DNA of 35,908 bases from Deltaproteobacteria bacterium (GCA_037441465.1 JBBISC010000001.1:23394-59301), one strand, 5' to 3'. Shown: positions 1 to 9,172, counted from the stretch's first letter. The notes: generated by a model from the letters alone, not told the origin. Program-made: numbers and translations.

Positions 1-390
1 CACAAGCCGGACCACGACCGGATCGAATGGTGGGAGGCGGCGGCGAGCGGCGTCATCCAGGGTCTGGCGGTCTTTCCGGGACTGTCCCGGTCCGGTTCGA
101 CGATCATCCTTGCCCTCCTCCTGGGGGTCGCCCCGCGCCGCGCGGCGAAGTTCTCCTTCCTCCTCTCCCTTCCGGCGATCCTCGGAGGGGCGCTCTTCAC
201 ACTGAAGAAGGGGGTATCCCGCGTGCCGGGGATCGCCCCTTCCGTCGCGGGGTTTCTCGTCGCCCTCGTCGTCGGGTACCTTGCGCTCCTGCTCGTCGAG
301 CGCCTTGTCGTGAAGGGACGCTTCCAGCGCTTCGCCCCGTACACCGCCTGCCTCGCGGCCCTCTGCTTCTACCTGCAATTCCACGGTTGA
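1..390 (+). CDS. uppP: Undecaprenyl-diphosphate phosphatase, 5'-truncated by the window edge
   Basis: Frame 1 (absent from the ORF track) reads ...GVIQGLAVFPGLSRSGSTI...AAKFSFLLSLPAILGG..., the PGxSRSGxT signature of BacA/UppP, followed by hydrophobic helices. TGA at 388-390. Confidence 0.93.
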   Translation, partial: HKPDHDRIEWWEAAASGVIQGLAVFPGLSRSGSTIILALLLGVAPRRAAKFSFLLSLPAILGGALFTLKKGVSRVPGIAPSVAGFLVALVVGYLALLLVERLVVKGRFQRFAPYTACLAALCFYLQFHG

Positions 391-416
391 GGCCATTACC
401 CACCGTTTGGACGCTT

Positions 417-727
417 CTCCGCGGGGGGCTCCCCGCTCGTGCCCCCCGTTTCTCCTTCAGCGGGGGTACCCCAGCGGCGCGAAGCTTGCATCGGGGCATC
501 CGACCGCGCGACTCGCCGGCTTCATCCAGCGAACGTGGGATGCGCTCATCTCCCGGTCTATTTCGATCATCCATCGATCTGAGAGAGACCTGCGCTTCAA
601 AAAGCACGAGGTCTCCGCCGGTTCCGTACTTACGGTCTCCGCTCGGGGGACCCCCCTGCGTCGTGCCCCTCATGTCGAGTCGGGGGTATCCCAGGGAGCG
701 CAATTCATACGGGAGTGGGGTGCGCTC
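417..727. repeat. Two imperfect direct copies of a GC-rich multi-hairpin intergenic element
   Basis: Copy 1 (~417-547) CTCCGC-GGGGGGCTCCCC-GC-TCGTGCCCC...CGGGGGTACCCCAG...TGGGATGCGCTC. Copy 2 (~637-727) CTCCGCTCGGGGGACCCCCCTGCGTCGTGCCCC...CGGGGGTATCCCAG...TGGGGTGCGCTC. Confidence 0.6.
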
Positions 728-798
728 GTCGAGGTGGATATGCGCGGAACCGGGGGGCGCCGCCGCTCATCGTAGAAGGCGACGGAAAGGAGGGGGAC

Positions 799-2403
799 AT
801 GACGGAAGCGGCGGGGATTCGTTGGAACGGGTGGGATCCGCAAGCCTTGGCTCGCGCCGGGACCGAGGGGAAGTTGATCTTCCTCGACATCGGCGCCACG
901 TGGTGCCACTGGTGCCACGTATTGGACCGGACCTCCCTCGCCGACCCGCGGGTGGTGAAGATGTTGAACGAGGATTTCGTTTCCGTCCGCGTGGACACGG
1001 ACAAGCGGCCGGACATCAACGACCGGTACAACCAGGGCGGGTGGCCAACCACCGCGGTGCTCCTTCCGGACGGGCGACTCCTGACGGGCGCGACGTACCT
1101 TCCCCCGGACGCGCTGGCCGTGCTGCTCGAGAAGTGCAGGGACTTCTACCGGCGGGACCGTGATCGGGTCGACGCCTACCTTCGAAACGCGGCGGACCGC
1201 GCCACCGGGGGAGCCGCGGAGCGGTCCGATGCACCGGAAGCGCCGCGGCCGGAAGACCTTCCGCTCGTCAAGCACGCCGTCCTGGCGCAGTACGATCCGG
1301 CCCACCCGGGGTTCTTCCGGGAGCCGAAGTTCCCCGTCACGGAGATCCTCGCTTTCCTCCGGGACGCGTGGATCGCCGAGGGGAACCATGAGGCGGGGGA
1401 GACGTTGGCGGCGGTGCTTCGGAGGATGGCGGAATCGGAACTGCTCGACCGGGTGGAAGGCGGATTTTTCCGGTACGCCACCCGCAGGGACTGGACCGTC
1501 CCCCACTACGAAAAGTTACTGGCCGATAACGCGGAACTGCTTTCGCTGTATGCCTCCGCATACGAGCTGACCAGGGAGGAGTCGTTCGCCTCCTCCGTCC
1601 GGGACATCCTCCGGTTCCTCCTCACGAAGCTGTACGATCCCGCCACCGGCGCCTTCTTCGGAAGCAAGGACGCGGACGAGACGTATTACCCCCTGCCGGA
1701 GGAGGAGCGGGCGCTCCGGGTGGCTCCGTCGGTCGACCGGACGATTTTCTCCGAGTACAACGGGAAAGCGGTTTCGGGCCTCGTTGCGGCGCACCGCGCG
1801 TTGGGCGCCCCTGTCGACGGGGAGGGAGATTCCCTGCTGGCGCGGGCGGAACGGCTCGGCCGCTTTCTCCGGGAGCGGATGATCTCCCTTGAGGCGGGAG
1901 TGGCGCGATACCTTGCGCCTCCGGGGGAAGAGGAGAAGGTCCCCCATCGGTGGCTCGCCGATCACGCGGCCGTGGCCACCGCGTATCTCGACCTGCACGA
2001 CGCCACCGGAAAGGGAGAGTACCTGCGGTGGGCGGAGGAGACCCTCTCCGATGCCATTCCACGCCTGTACCGGCCGGAAGCGGCCGGTTTTCTGGACCGG
2101 CTGCCCGCGGCGGGAGAATTCGGCGGGCTTTCGCAGCCGCTCTTCCCGTTCGCCCCCAACGCTCAGACCGCGTCCGCCCTGCTGCGGTGCGCACGGGCGA
2201 CGGGGAGGGAGGATCTCTTCACCATCGGGGTGAGGACGCTGTGCGGCTTGTCGGCGGAGTTCGACCGGCGCGGCGCATTCGCCGCACCGTACGGCAGTGC
2301 GTTGCTCGTCTACCTCAAGGGGAGCCCGGGGAATGCTTGTCTCCCCGGAGATCCGACATGTGTACCGGGTGACGGCGGAGTCGCCGCAGGAGGGGGGGCG
2401 TAG
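799..2403 (+). CDS. Thioredoxin-domain protein, YyaL/SSP411 (DUF255) family
   Basis: ATG 799 follows an AGGAGG SD. Motifs ATWCHWCHV, VDTDKRPDI, GGWPTT, KFP, GGFFRYA, VPHYEKLLADNA. Confidence 0.9.
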   Translation: MTEAAGIRWNGWDPQALARAGTEGKLIFLDIGATWCHWCHVLDRTSLADPRVVKMLNEDFVSVRVDTDKRPDINDRYNQGGWPTTAVLLPDGRLLTGATYLPPDALAVLLEKCRDFYRRDRDRVDAYLRNAADRATGGAAERSDAPEAPRPEDLPLVKHAVLAQYDPAHPGFFREPKFPVTEILAFLRDAWIAEGNHEAGETLAAVLRRMAESELLDRVEGGFFRYATRRDWTVPHYEKLLADNAELLSLYASAYELTREESFASSVRDILRFLLTKLYDPATGAFFGSKDADETYYPLPEEERALRVAPSVDRTIFSEYNGKAVSGLVAAHRALGAPVDGEGDSLLARAERLGRFLRERMISLEAGVARYLAPPGEEEKVPHRWLADHAAVATAYLDLHDATGKGEYLRWAEETLSDAIPRLYRPEAAGFLDRLPAAGEFGGLSQPLFPFAPNAQTASALLRCARATGREDLFTIGVRTLCGLSAEFDRRGAFAAPYGSALLVYLKGSPGNACLPGDPTCVPGDGGVAAGGGA

Positions 2404-2417
2404 TGAGGTAAAGCGCA

Positions 2418-2467
2418 GCCGTGCAGGTTCATCGCACGGCGAGCCACGAACGGAGCCCCGCCCTCCG
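2418..2467. repeat. Tandem inverted repeats between convergent genes
   Basis: GCCGTGC-N9-GCACGGC (2418-2440) and CGGAG-N7-CTCCG (2451-2467). No U-tract on either strand. Confidence 0.5.
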
Positions 2468-2482
2468 AGGCGACGCAGCCGA

Positions 2483-3394
2483 CTAAGCCGGGACGAATCC
2501 GCGCGGCGTGAGGATCCCGTTTTCGACGAGCGTCCCGGGGGGCACGACGGCGCCGGGCCAGAGGATCGCGCGACGCACGGTCGCGCCGTCTCCCACGATC
2601 GCGCCCTCTTCGACGACGGCGTCGGGTCCGATGGTCGCGCCTTTTCCGATCGATGCCCCCGGGTGCGCGAAGGAGTGCGGTCCCTTGCCGCCTTCGCGCT
2701 CCGCGAGGAGGGCGAGCGTCCCGCGCAGGTAATCTTCCGGCGTCCCGAATTCGAGGAAGTTTCCCTCCGGCATGAAGGCGCGTATCGGCGCCCCCTCCGC
2801 GATCAGGGGGACCAGGGTGTCCCGGACGATGCAGGACGGCCGGCCGCGCGGGATCCTGTCGAGCAGCTCCGGCTCCGCGATCAGGTACCCGGTGTAGAAC
2901 CCCTCGAACGCCCCGGCGGGGGCGGCGCCGCCGAACCCCGAGATCCGCCCGTCCTCCCGCACGCGAACGGGGGTGTACCGCTTCCATCGGTCGGGAAAGA
3001 GGACGAGGGTGGCCAGCGCCCCGTTCGTACGGTGGCGCGCGAGGGCATCACCGAGCGGGAACCGCGCGACCGCGTCGGAATTGGCGGTCACGAACGTTCC
3101 CCCGCGCAGGTGCTCCCTGGCGTTTCCGATCCCGCCACCGGTCCCGAGGATCTCCGGTTCGTGCGTGAACGCCACCGGGAACCGGTCGGCCGCCCACGCC
3201 GTCACCTTCTCCCGGACCGTCTCCGGACCATTATGGAGGTTGAGGAGGAACGACGCCGCGCCGTGCTCGCGGAGGAACGCCATCGCGTGGCTGCACAGCG
3301 GCTGGCCAAGAACGGGGATGACCGGTTTCGGGATCTCGAGGGAGAGGGGACGCAGGCGCGTCCCAAGCCCCGCGGCGAGGATCATTGCCTTCAT
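2483..3394 (-). CDS. murU: Sugar-1-phosphate nucleotidyltransferase, probable MurNAc-alpha-1-P uridylyltransferase
   Basis: MKAMILAAGLGTRLRPL...PKP, E..LGTGGG, NSD, short C-terminal hexapeptide-like repeats. Start overlaps the stop of the amgK-like kinase. Confidence 0.75.
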   Translation of the reverse strand: MKAMILAAGLGTRLRPLSLEIPKPVIPVLGQPLCSHAMAFLREHGAASFLLNLHNGPETVREKVTAWAADRFPVAFTHEPEILGTGGGIGNAREHLRGGTFVTANSDAVARFPLGDALARHRTNGALATLVLFPDRWKRYTPVRVREDGRISGFGGAAPAGAFEGFYTGYLIAEPELLDRIPRGRPSCIVRDTLVPLIAEGAPIRAFMPEGNFLEFGTPEDYLRGTLALLAEREGGKGPHSFAHPGASIGKGATIGPDAVVEEGAIVGDGATVRRAILWPGAVVPPGTLVENGILTPRGFVPA

Positions 3395-4479
3395 GCCGGA
3401 CTCTCCGCCGCCGCCTTTTCGGCCAGCGCCGCCAGGATCGGAAGGAGCCTTCCCGAGAGGGCGCGCATCGGCGGGTTCCGTTCAAAGGCTCCCCGCAGGT
3501 GGGCGACCGTCGGCGGTATGAAGCGAAGGTAGATCCGTTTCCCGCGGTTGTGCGCCTGGTTGCCGAAGGTCCCGATCGCCTTCACGTTGCGCTGAAGCGC
3601 GGCCAGATCGAACCGCCAGTCGAAGGCACCGGGGTCCCCCGCGGCGCCGCGCAGCTCCGCCGTGGCGACGTGCCGCCAGGCGTAGCGAAGATCCTCGACC
3701 GCGTCCTCCGGCAAGGCGACGTAGGAGTCGCGCAGCAGCGAGGCCAGGTCGTAGAAGACGTTTCCCATCCGGGCGTCCTGGAAATCGAGGATCCGCAGGT
3801 TCCGGTGGCCGGGGGTCTTCGCGTGTCCGAGCACCATCACGTTGCGGCTGTGGTAATCCCGGTGGGCGAGCACACGGGGGAAGGCGGACAGCTGTTCGAG
3901 GAACGGAAGGAAAAGATCCCGGATCGCCCGCTCTTCCCGGTCGGACAACGGGATCCCGCCGTATTCGCGTACGGCGTGCCGGAAGAAGAAGTCGATCTCC
4001 TCGGTGAATTTCGGGACGTCGAAGGGGAGGCGCGGCGGGATCGCCTTGCCGTCGAGCGCGCGGGTACCCTCGGACTGGATCCGGACCAGGATCTCGACGC
4101 ACTGCTCGTAGAGCGGCAGGCAGCCTCGAGCTCCGTGTCCGCGGACCGCGTCCTCCAGCATCGTGTTCCCCGCGTCTTCGAGGAAGAGGAGGTTCGCCTT
4201 CGGGTCGGACCGATACACGGCGGGGACGGGGACCCCGGCGGCCGTCAGGTACCGGTGGACGTTCAGGAATGGAAGTTCCGCCTCCGGCGTCGCCTCGTCC
4301 GGATACCGCATCACGACGACGGAGGGGAGGGGGGCACCGGGGGCATTGCGGACGCGGTAGTAACGGCGGGTGGAGGCGTCCCCCGCGAGTTCGGACACCT
4401 TGGCCGACATCGGGTCCGCGGCTGGAAACAGGGCGGCGAGCCCGCCGCGCAGCGCCGCGAGGTCGATCCCTTCGGTCAA
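3391..4479 (-). CDS. amgK: APH-family phosphotransferase, anomeric MurNAc/GlcNAc kinase-like
   Basis: LAGDASTRRYYR, LLFLEDAG, HRDYHSRNVM, LDFQDARMG, YDLASLLRD, QRNVKAIGTF. Probable TTG start overlapping the upstream stop (TTGA). Confidence 0.85.
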   Translation of the reverse strand: MTEGIDLAALRGGLAALFPAADPMSAKVSELAGDASTRRYYRVRNAPGAPLPSVVVMRYPDEATPEAELPFLNVHRYLTAAGVPVPAVYRSDPKANLLFLEDAGNTMLEDAVRGHGARGCLPLYEQCVEILVRIQSEGTRALDGKAIPPRLPFDVPKFTEEIDFFFRHAVREYGGIPLSDREERAIRDLFLPFLEQLSAFPRVLAHRDYHSRNVMVLGHAKTPGHRNLRILDFQDARMGNVFYDLASLLRDSYVALPEDAVEDLRYAWRHVATAELRGAAGDPGAFDWRFDLAALQRNVKAIGTFGNQAHNRGKRIYLRFIPPTVAHLRGAFERNPPMRALSGRLLPILAALAEKAAAESPA

Positions 4480-5330
4480 GGAGTTTCCCGGAACATCCGG
4501 GCGAGGGAGGCGCTGCACTCGGAGAGGATCCGGTCGAAATCCTTGTACGTCGGGCGCTCCCCGCGGGTGTAGTCCCGAAGTTCCACGGTGAAGGGCCCGT
4601 CGAAGCCGGTTTCCCGCAGCGCCGCCGTAACGCTGTCCCAGCGGATCGTCCCTTTCCCAGGCACGAGGTGTTCGTCCTTTTCCCCGCGGTTGTCCGAGGC
4701 GTGCACGTGGATCAGGCGGGGGCCCGCTGCGCGAACGGCGGAAAGGACGTTCTCCTGGATGTGGGCATGCCCGAGGTCCAGGCAGACGCCCACCCGGTCC
4801 GCCGGGTACCGGTCCACGATGTCGCGGATGATGCTCATCTCGCCGGAGTCGACCGGGGTGTTCTCGACCGCGAACCGGACGCCGGCGGGGATCGCGTCGA
4901 GGAGTTCGTTCATCGAAGAGAGAAAGGCGCCCCAGCGGTGCGGGTACCACTTTCCGGCCGGAAACGAGGTGTGCAGGACCACCGTTCCCCCGCCGTTGCG
5001 GGCGAGCCACCCGGCGGCTCGTGCGGTCACCGCGACGGAGACGAGCCGGTGCGCCTCGTCCACGGAGGAGAGGGAGTACCACCGGTCCTTTTTGTACGTC
5101 CGAACGTCCGGGTACAGGGGGGCGTGTATGCTCGCCACCCGGATGCCGAGCGAAGCCATCCGCCGCGCGACCGCGTCTGCCGCCTGCAAGTCGCCGGTCG
5201 GGAAGTGGGGGGGCATCGCCCAGATCTCCGCGAGGGAAAAGCCGTACCGGGGAAAGAGCGGAAAAATCGCCTCGTCCAGGTCATAAAAGGCGAACAGGTG
5301 CGTCGACAGGGAAACGTTCAAGGATTCCAC
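4476..5330 (-). CDS. Sugar phosphate isomerase/epimerase (xylose isomerase-like TIM barrel, AP_endonuc_2)
   Basis: SIHAP, VVLH, FAVEN, VCLDLGHA, HVHASDN.G..DEHLVPG.G.I.W, FTVE. GTG start is inferred; the long upstream part of the 918-aa ORF is antisense to slt. Confidence 0.85.
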   Translation of the reverse strand: MESLNVSLSTHLFAFYDLDEAIFPLFPRYGFSLAEIWAMPPHFPTGDLQAADAVARRMASLGIRVASIHAPLYPDVRTYKKDRWYSLSSVDEAHRLVSVAVTARAAGWLARNGGGTVVLHTSFPAGKWYPHRWGAFLSSMNELLDAIPAGVRFAVENTPVDSGEMSIIRDIVDRYPADRVGVCLDLGHAHIQENVLSAVRAAGPRLIHVHASDNRGEKDEHLVPGKGTIRWDSVTAALRETGFDGPFTVELRDYTRGERPTYKDFDRILSECSASLARMFRETP

Positions 5331-5362
5331 CCGTGCCTTGTGTTCCTGTGCATTACTCCGCG

Positions 5363-5371
5363 ATAATATCA
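5363..5371 (-). promoter_or_regulatory. Putative extended -10 promoter for the isomerase-amgK-murU operon
   Basis: TGA-TATTAT on the - strand, an AT-rich island in the divergent intergenic gap. Confidence 0.4.
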
Positions 5372-5405
5372 CGACGGTCTGCCTCCGGGCAGTTGCCGCC
5401 CGGAG

Positions 5406-7673
5406 ATGCCATTGACGAACCGACTTCGACTCCTGTGGATTCTCGCCTTTCTCGCCCTGTCCCCGACGTACGTGATTGCCTCCCCTGCCGCGCCGGGGCG
5501 AGACGACGCGTTCCGGGAGGGATGGTCTCTCATGCAGAAGGAGCGGTACGCGGAGGCCCGCGCCGTATTCGCGAAGATTCCCCCCCTTGAATACGACCTC
5601 GGGGATTACGTGGTGTACTTCGACGGGGAGGCCGCCGCGCGCGAGGGGAAGCGGACCGAGGCGGGGGAGTCGTTGCGTCTGCTCGAAGAGAAGTTCCCCG
5701 GATCCCCCCTGCTCCCGTACCTCCGCCACGAAGTCGCCTACGCGGCCGCCCTCGACAACGACGTCGCCGCCTCCCGCGAAGCGTTCGGACTCTCCCGGGG
5801 GAAGGTGAGCGGGAGCCGACGAAAGGCGGAGGAAGGATATATCGCCGCGTTCCTTGCCGGTGGTGGGGGGCCGACCGCGGAAGCGGCAAGGCTGCACCTG
5901 GAGAATTTCTCCGCCTACGCCGCGCGGGATGCCGGCAACCTCTCCTTCGAGCGCCTCTGGAAGTGGCGGGCCGACGGTTTTCTTGCGGGATGGGATCTGT
6001 CGCCGGAGTTCTACTCGAAGTTCGCCAAGGCGGCCGCCCGGGCCGGGGAAGCGGAACGGGCGAGGGCCCTCTTCGAAGAAGCGATCCTCCGGTTCACTCC
6101 CTCCGAGGAATATTTCTCCCTGATCCTGGACTACGCGGAGTTCCACCGGAAGCAGGGGGAGACCGCGGCCGCCTCCGCGCTTCTTGAAAAGCACATGGCG
6201 GACGCACCGCCGGCGATCCGGTCGGAGGTCCGCTTCCTCCAGGCGCGGGTGGAGTGGAAGGCGGGGAGGCTCGCGGAGGCGCGCAACGAGTTCCTCGGAA
6301 TCGCCGAGGGGAGCACCCTCCCCGCGACCGCGGAACGGGCGCGGTACTACGCGGCGTGGATCGCGGAGGAAGAGGGGGATCTCCCCGGGGCGACGGAATC
6401 GTACGAACGTCTCCGAAGCGCCCGGGACGATTCGATCCGGCAGGAGGCGCTGTTCCGGTACGCCTACGGCCTGTACCGGGCGGGACGACACGACGAGGCG
6501 GTCGCGGCGTTCGAAGCCGGGGAGGCGGGCGGAGGCGGGACGGTGGAGCGCGCCCGATACCGGTACTGGAAGGCGCGGGCGCTTCGCGACGCCGGCAGGG
6601 GGGAGGAGGCGGAGCCGATCTTCGCGGATCTCGCCGGTGACGCATTCGCCGGGATCTACGGACTCTTCGCTGTTTCGGCGCGGGGAGAGGAAACGTTCGG
6701 GTTCCTGAACGCCCCCTCCAGCGGCGAGACGCGGGGGTGCGGCGAGGAGCGCGAACGACTCTGGGAGAGGATCCGGAAGGCGGACTGGGGGGAGGCCGAC
6801 GCTTCGATCGTCCGCCGTGCCGAGCGGCTGACCCTCCTCGGGGTGATCGACTATGCCGTCCTCGAGGCGGAGCGCATCGACCGGACGACGGCGCGGAAGG
6901 CGATCGGGATGGGAAACGGCGGTGCGCCGGGCCTCTTCAGGTACCTCGCCGGCGACCTGAAAGGGGGGATCCGCGAGACGTCGAACGTCCCCCTCGACCC
7001 GGAGCACCCGGGGCTCACGGACAGGATCCAGTATCCTCTCGCCCCCGAGTTCCTGGCCGATTGCGACCGCAGGCGCTCCGGGATCGACCCGCTCGTCCTC
7101 CACGCGCTCATCCGCCAGGAGTCGCGCTTCCAGTCGGACATCCTCTCCCCCGCGGGGGCCGTGGGCCTGATGCAGCTCATGCCCCGGACGGCGGCGGAGG
7201 TGGCGCGGAAGGAGAAGATACCGAAGCCACACAGGAAGGATCTGCTGCGCCCGGCCGTGAACGTCCGGCTTGGCGCGGCGTACCTGTCACGCCTGGTGAA
7301 GGGGTACGGGGGGGACTATTTCCGGGCGGTGGCGGCGTACAACGCCGGGGAGGCGGCGGTGGAACGGTGGTGGAAAGGGTCGAACGGCGACCCGGCGTCG
7401 TTCCTCGAGGGGATCAATTACAGGGAGACGCGCTTCTACCTCCGCAGGGTCTTTCTCAACCTTCTCCAATATTACCGGATTTACCGTCCGGAGATGTTCG
7501 CCCGTTATTTCCCCAGGCCTCCCGCAGAAGCGAGGAAAGCAACCGATGCCGGGCCGTCCCCACCGCCCGCGGCGCCGGTCGACAACGTTCTTTCGACGAC
7601 GCCCACGCCCGGAGCCGCCCCGACCGGACCGCCGCCGCCGCCACCGCCCGCCGGAACGCCGGGCGGTCGGTAG
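5406..7673 (+). CDS. slt: Soluble lytic murein transglycosylase (Slt70-like, TPR-like helical N-terminus plus GH23 SLT domain)
   Basis: Signal peptide, helical repeats, then ALIRQESRF, SPAGAVGLMQLMP, AAYNAG, YRETRFY. Pro-rich tail. Confidence 0.92.
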   Translation: MPLTNRLRLLWILAFLALSPTYVIASPAAPGRDDAFREGWSLMQKERYAEARAVFAKIPPLEYDLGDYVVYFDGEAAAREGKRTEAGESLRLLEEKFPGSPLLPYLRHEVAYAAALDNDVAASREAFGLSRGKVSGSRRKAEEGYIAAFLAGGGGPTAEAARLHLENFSAYAARDAGNLSFERLWKWRADGFLAGWDLSPEFYSKFAKAAARAGEAERARALFEEAILRFTPSEEYFSLILDYAEFHRKQGETAAASALLEKHMADAPPAIRSEVRFLQARVEWKAGRLAEARNEFLGIAEGSTLPATAERARYYAAWIAEEEGDLPGATESYERLRSARDDSIRQEALFRYAYGLYRAGRHDEAVAAFEAGEAGGGGTVERARYRYWKARALRDAGRGEEAEPIFADLAGDAFAGIYGLFAVSARGEETFGFLNAPSSGETRGCGEERERLWERIRKADWGEADASIVRRAERLTLLGVIDYAVLEAERIDRTTARKAIGMGNGGAPGLFRYLAGDLKGGIRETSNVPLDPEHPGLTDRIQYPLAPEFLADCDRRRSGIDPLVLHALIRQESRFQSDILSPAGAVGLMQLMPRTAAEVARKEKIPKPHRKDLLRPAVNVRLGAAYLSRLVKGYGGDYFRAVAAYNAGEAAVERWWKGSNGDPASFLEGINYRETRFYLRRVFLNLLQYYRIYRPEMFARYFPRPPAEARKATDAGPSPPPAAPVDNVLSTTPTPGAAPTGPPPPPPPAGTPGGR

Positions 7674-8595
7674 CCTGCCGGGCCAGACGGTCGATCGCAT
7701 CCGCCTGCACCGATTCTCCCCGGCAAACGAGCACGACATCGCACCCTGCCGCCACGGCGAGGACCGCCGCGTCCCCGATGCCGTACCGATCCGCGATCGC
7801 CTTCATCTCCAGCGCGTCGGAGAGGACCGCTCCGCGAAACCGGATCCGTTCCCGCAGCAGGCCGTGAAGGATCCTCCGGGACAGGGTTGCCGGCAAGGCG
7901 CGGTCGAGCGCGGGGTACATCACATGGGCGGTCATGAGCGCCGGGATCCCGGCGCGCGCGGCGCGGTGGAAGGGAAGCAGTTCGCGGCGAAGGAGCGTCT
8001 GCCTTCCCGCCCGGACGACCGGCAGCTCTTTGTGGGAGTCGGCGGACGTATCGCCGTGGCCCGGGAAATGTTTCCCGACCGGGAGGATCCCCCGGGAGAG
8101 AGAACCCCTCGCGAAAGCGATTCCCAGAGCGGCCACGATATGCGGGTCCCCGGAGAAGGCGCGGTCCCCGATCACCGGGTTTCCCGGGTTGCTGTCGACG
8201 TCGAGGATCGGCGCGAAATTCACGTCGATCCCGACCGCGCGGAGCTCGGCGGCGGTCGCGGCGCCCACGCCCTCCGCCATGGCTTCGTTCCCGCAACGGA
8301 AGAGGGAGCAGGCGCGTGCCGGGGGAAACCAGGTGAACGGGGGATCCTTGAACCGCGCCACGCGGCCACCCTCCTGGTCGACGGCGATCAGCGGGAGGGG
8401 GTTCCGCCGGCCGGCGGCGGATCGGATTTCGCGGCACAATCCGCGCACCTGGGCGGGGCGTTCGATGTTGCGGGAGTAGAAGACGACGCCGCTCACCTGC
8501 CCGGCCGCGAGCCATCGCGACAGCGAGGCAGGGAGCGACTTCCCCTCGAAGCCGACCCACAGGGGGGAGGCGAATGTGCTCTTTCCGGCCTTCAT
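7456..8595 (-). CDS. nagZ: Beta-N-acetylhexosaminidase (GH3)
   Basis: IAVDQEGGRV, NFAPILDV, GDRAFS, KHFPGHGDTSADSH, MTAHV, SDALEM. No signal peptide, so probably cytoplasmic. Confidence 0.93.
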   Translation of the reverse strand: MKAGKSTFASPLWVGFEGKSLPASLSRWLAAGQVSGVVFYSRNIERPAQVRGLCREIRSAAGRRNPLPLIAVDQEGGRVARFKDPPFTWFPPARACSLFRCGNEAMAEGVGAATAAELRAVGIDVNFAPILDVDSNPGNPVIGDRAFSGDPHIVAALGIAFARGSLSRGILPVGKHFPGHGDTSADSHKELPVVRAGRQTLLRRELLPFHRAARAGIPALMTAHVMYPALDRALPATLSRRILHGLLRERIRFRGAVLSDALEMKAIADRYGIGDAAVLAVAAGCDVVLVCRGESVQADAIDRLARQATDRPAFRRAVAAAAVRSGRLRAWASSKERCRPAPRAVGTARHRLLSSLLREAWGNNGRTSPDGKSGNIGEG

Positions 8596-8596
8596 C

Positions 8597-9013
8597 TCAG
8601 CCCGGGTGCTCCGCCGGATCGACGATTGTCAACTCGCGGAAGTTTTCCCGGTAGAATCCACGGTCCCGCGTGAGGATACGGTCGCACTGGATCAAGGCGT
8701 GGCCCCCGATCAGAAAGTCGGCGACCACCCTCTCTCGCTTCCCTCCACGCGACCGGTACAGGCGCCAGGAAGCCGTTGCCCTCGACGCCGCGGCTTCCTC
8801 GATGGGAGAGAACGTCACGCCGATCGCCCGCATGGCGTCCGGGAACGGTTTTTCCCCGGGGAAGGCGACGGCGGTCTCCGCCCAGACGGTCCCGCAGGCG
8901 ACCAGGGCTCCTTCCCGGAGCCAGTGTCGCAGCGCGTTCGCGGATCGAATCCCATGCGTGGCGTCGCCGCCGAAGATATCGAGGAGGACGTCCGTGTCCA
9001 CGGAGGTGATCAC
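8597..9013 (-). CDS. vapC: PIN-domain (VapC family) toxin
   Basis: GTG start overlapping the antitoxin stop. VDTDVLLD, VWAE, VVADFLIGGHA, ILTRD keep the acidic PIN residues. Confidence 0.88.
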   Translation of the reverse strand: MITSVDTDVLLDIFGGDATHGIRSANALRHWLREGALVACGTVWAETAVAFPGEKPFPDAMRAIGVTFSPIEEAAASRATASWRLYRSRGGKRERVVADFLIGGHALIQCDRILTRDRGFYRENFRELTIVDPAEHPG

Positions 9014-9171
9014 GCACGCCCCCGGAGCGACCGGACCATCGCATCGGTTTTCAGCCCTCTGCCGAGGCAACCGAACACCCGTCCCACCGGGTCCTCGTCG
9101 CTCACTTTCACCGCTACGAGTTTCCCCCGGTCGTCCTTGAAGTCCAGTCTCGTCCCGGGCCGGATGCCGAG
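9010..9171 (-). pseudogene. 5'-truncated AbrB/MazE-type (VapB) antitoxin
   Basis: LGIRPGTRLDFKDDRGKLVAVKVSDEDPVGRVFGCLG... is the second half of an AbrB fold. The usual N-terminal M...GQ(V/I)TIPK segment and start codon are absent. Confidence 0.7.
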
Positions 9172-9172
9172 T

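Noticed and set aside
391-798. Intergenic region as a CRISPR array, tRNA, tmRNA or known riboswitch
   Set aside because: Only two degenerate copies, no regular spacers, no cas genes, no cloverleaf and no aptamer consensus that I recognise.
27-1163. 378-aa + strand ORF, and the many other long Arg/Pro/Gly-rich ORFs in the track (e.g. 21312-23789, 23903-25810, 9274-11097)
   Set aside because: They are off-frame or antisense shadows of well-supported genes in high-GC DNA and have no recognisable motifs.
4476-7232. 918-aa ORF as a giant isomerase fusion
   Set aside because: Only the last ~285 codons look like a protein; the rest is the antisense of slt.
7620-7655. CCG-rich run as a tandem repeat or contingency locus
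   Set aside because: It is short and imperfect, and simply encodes poly-Pro in Slt and poly-Ala in NagZ.
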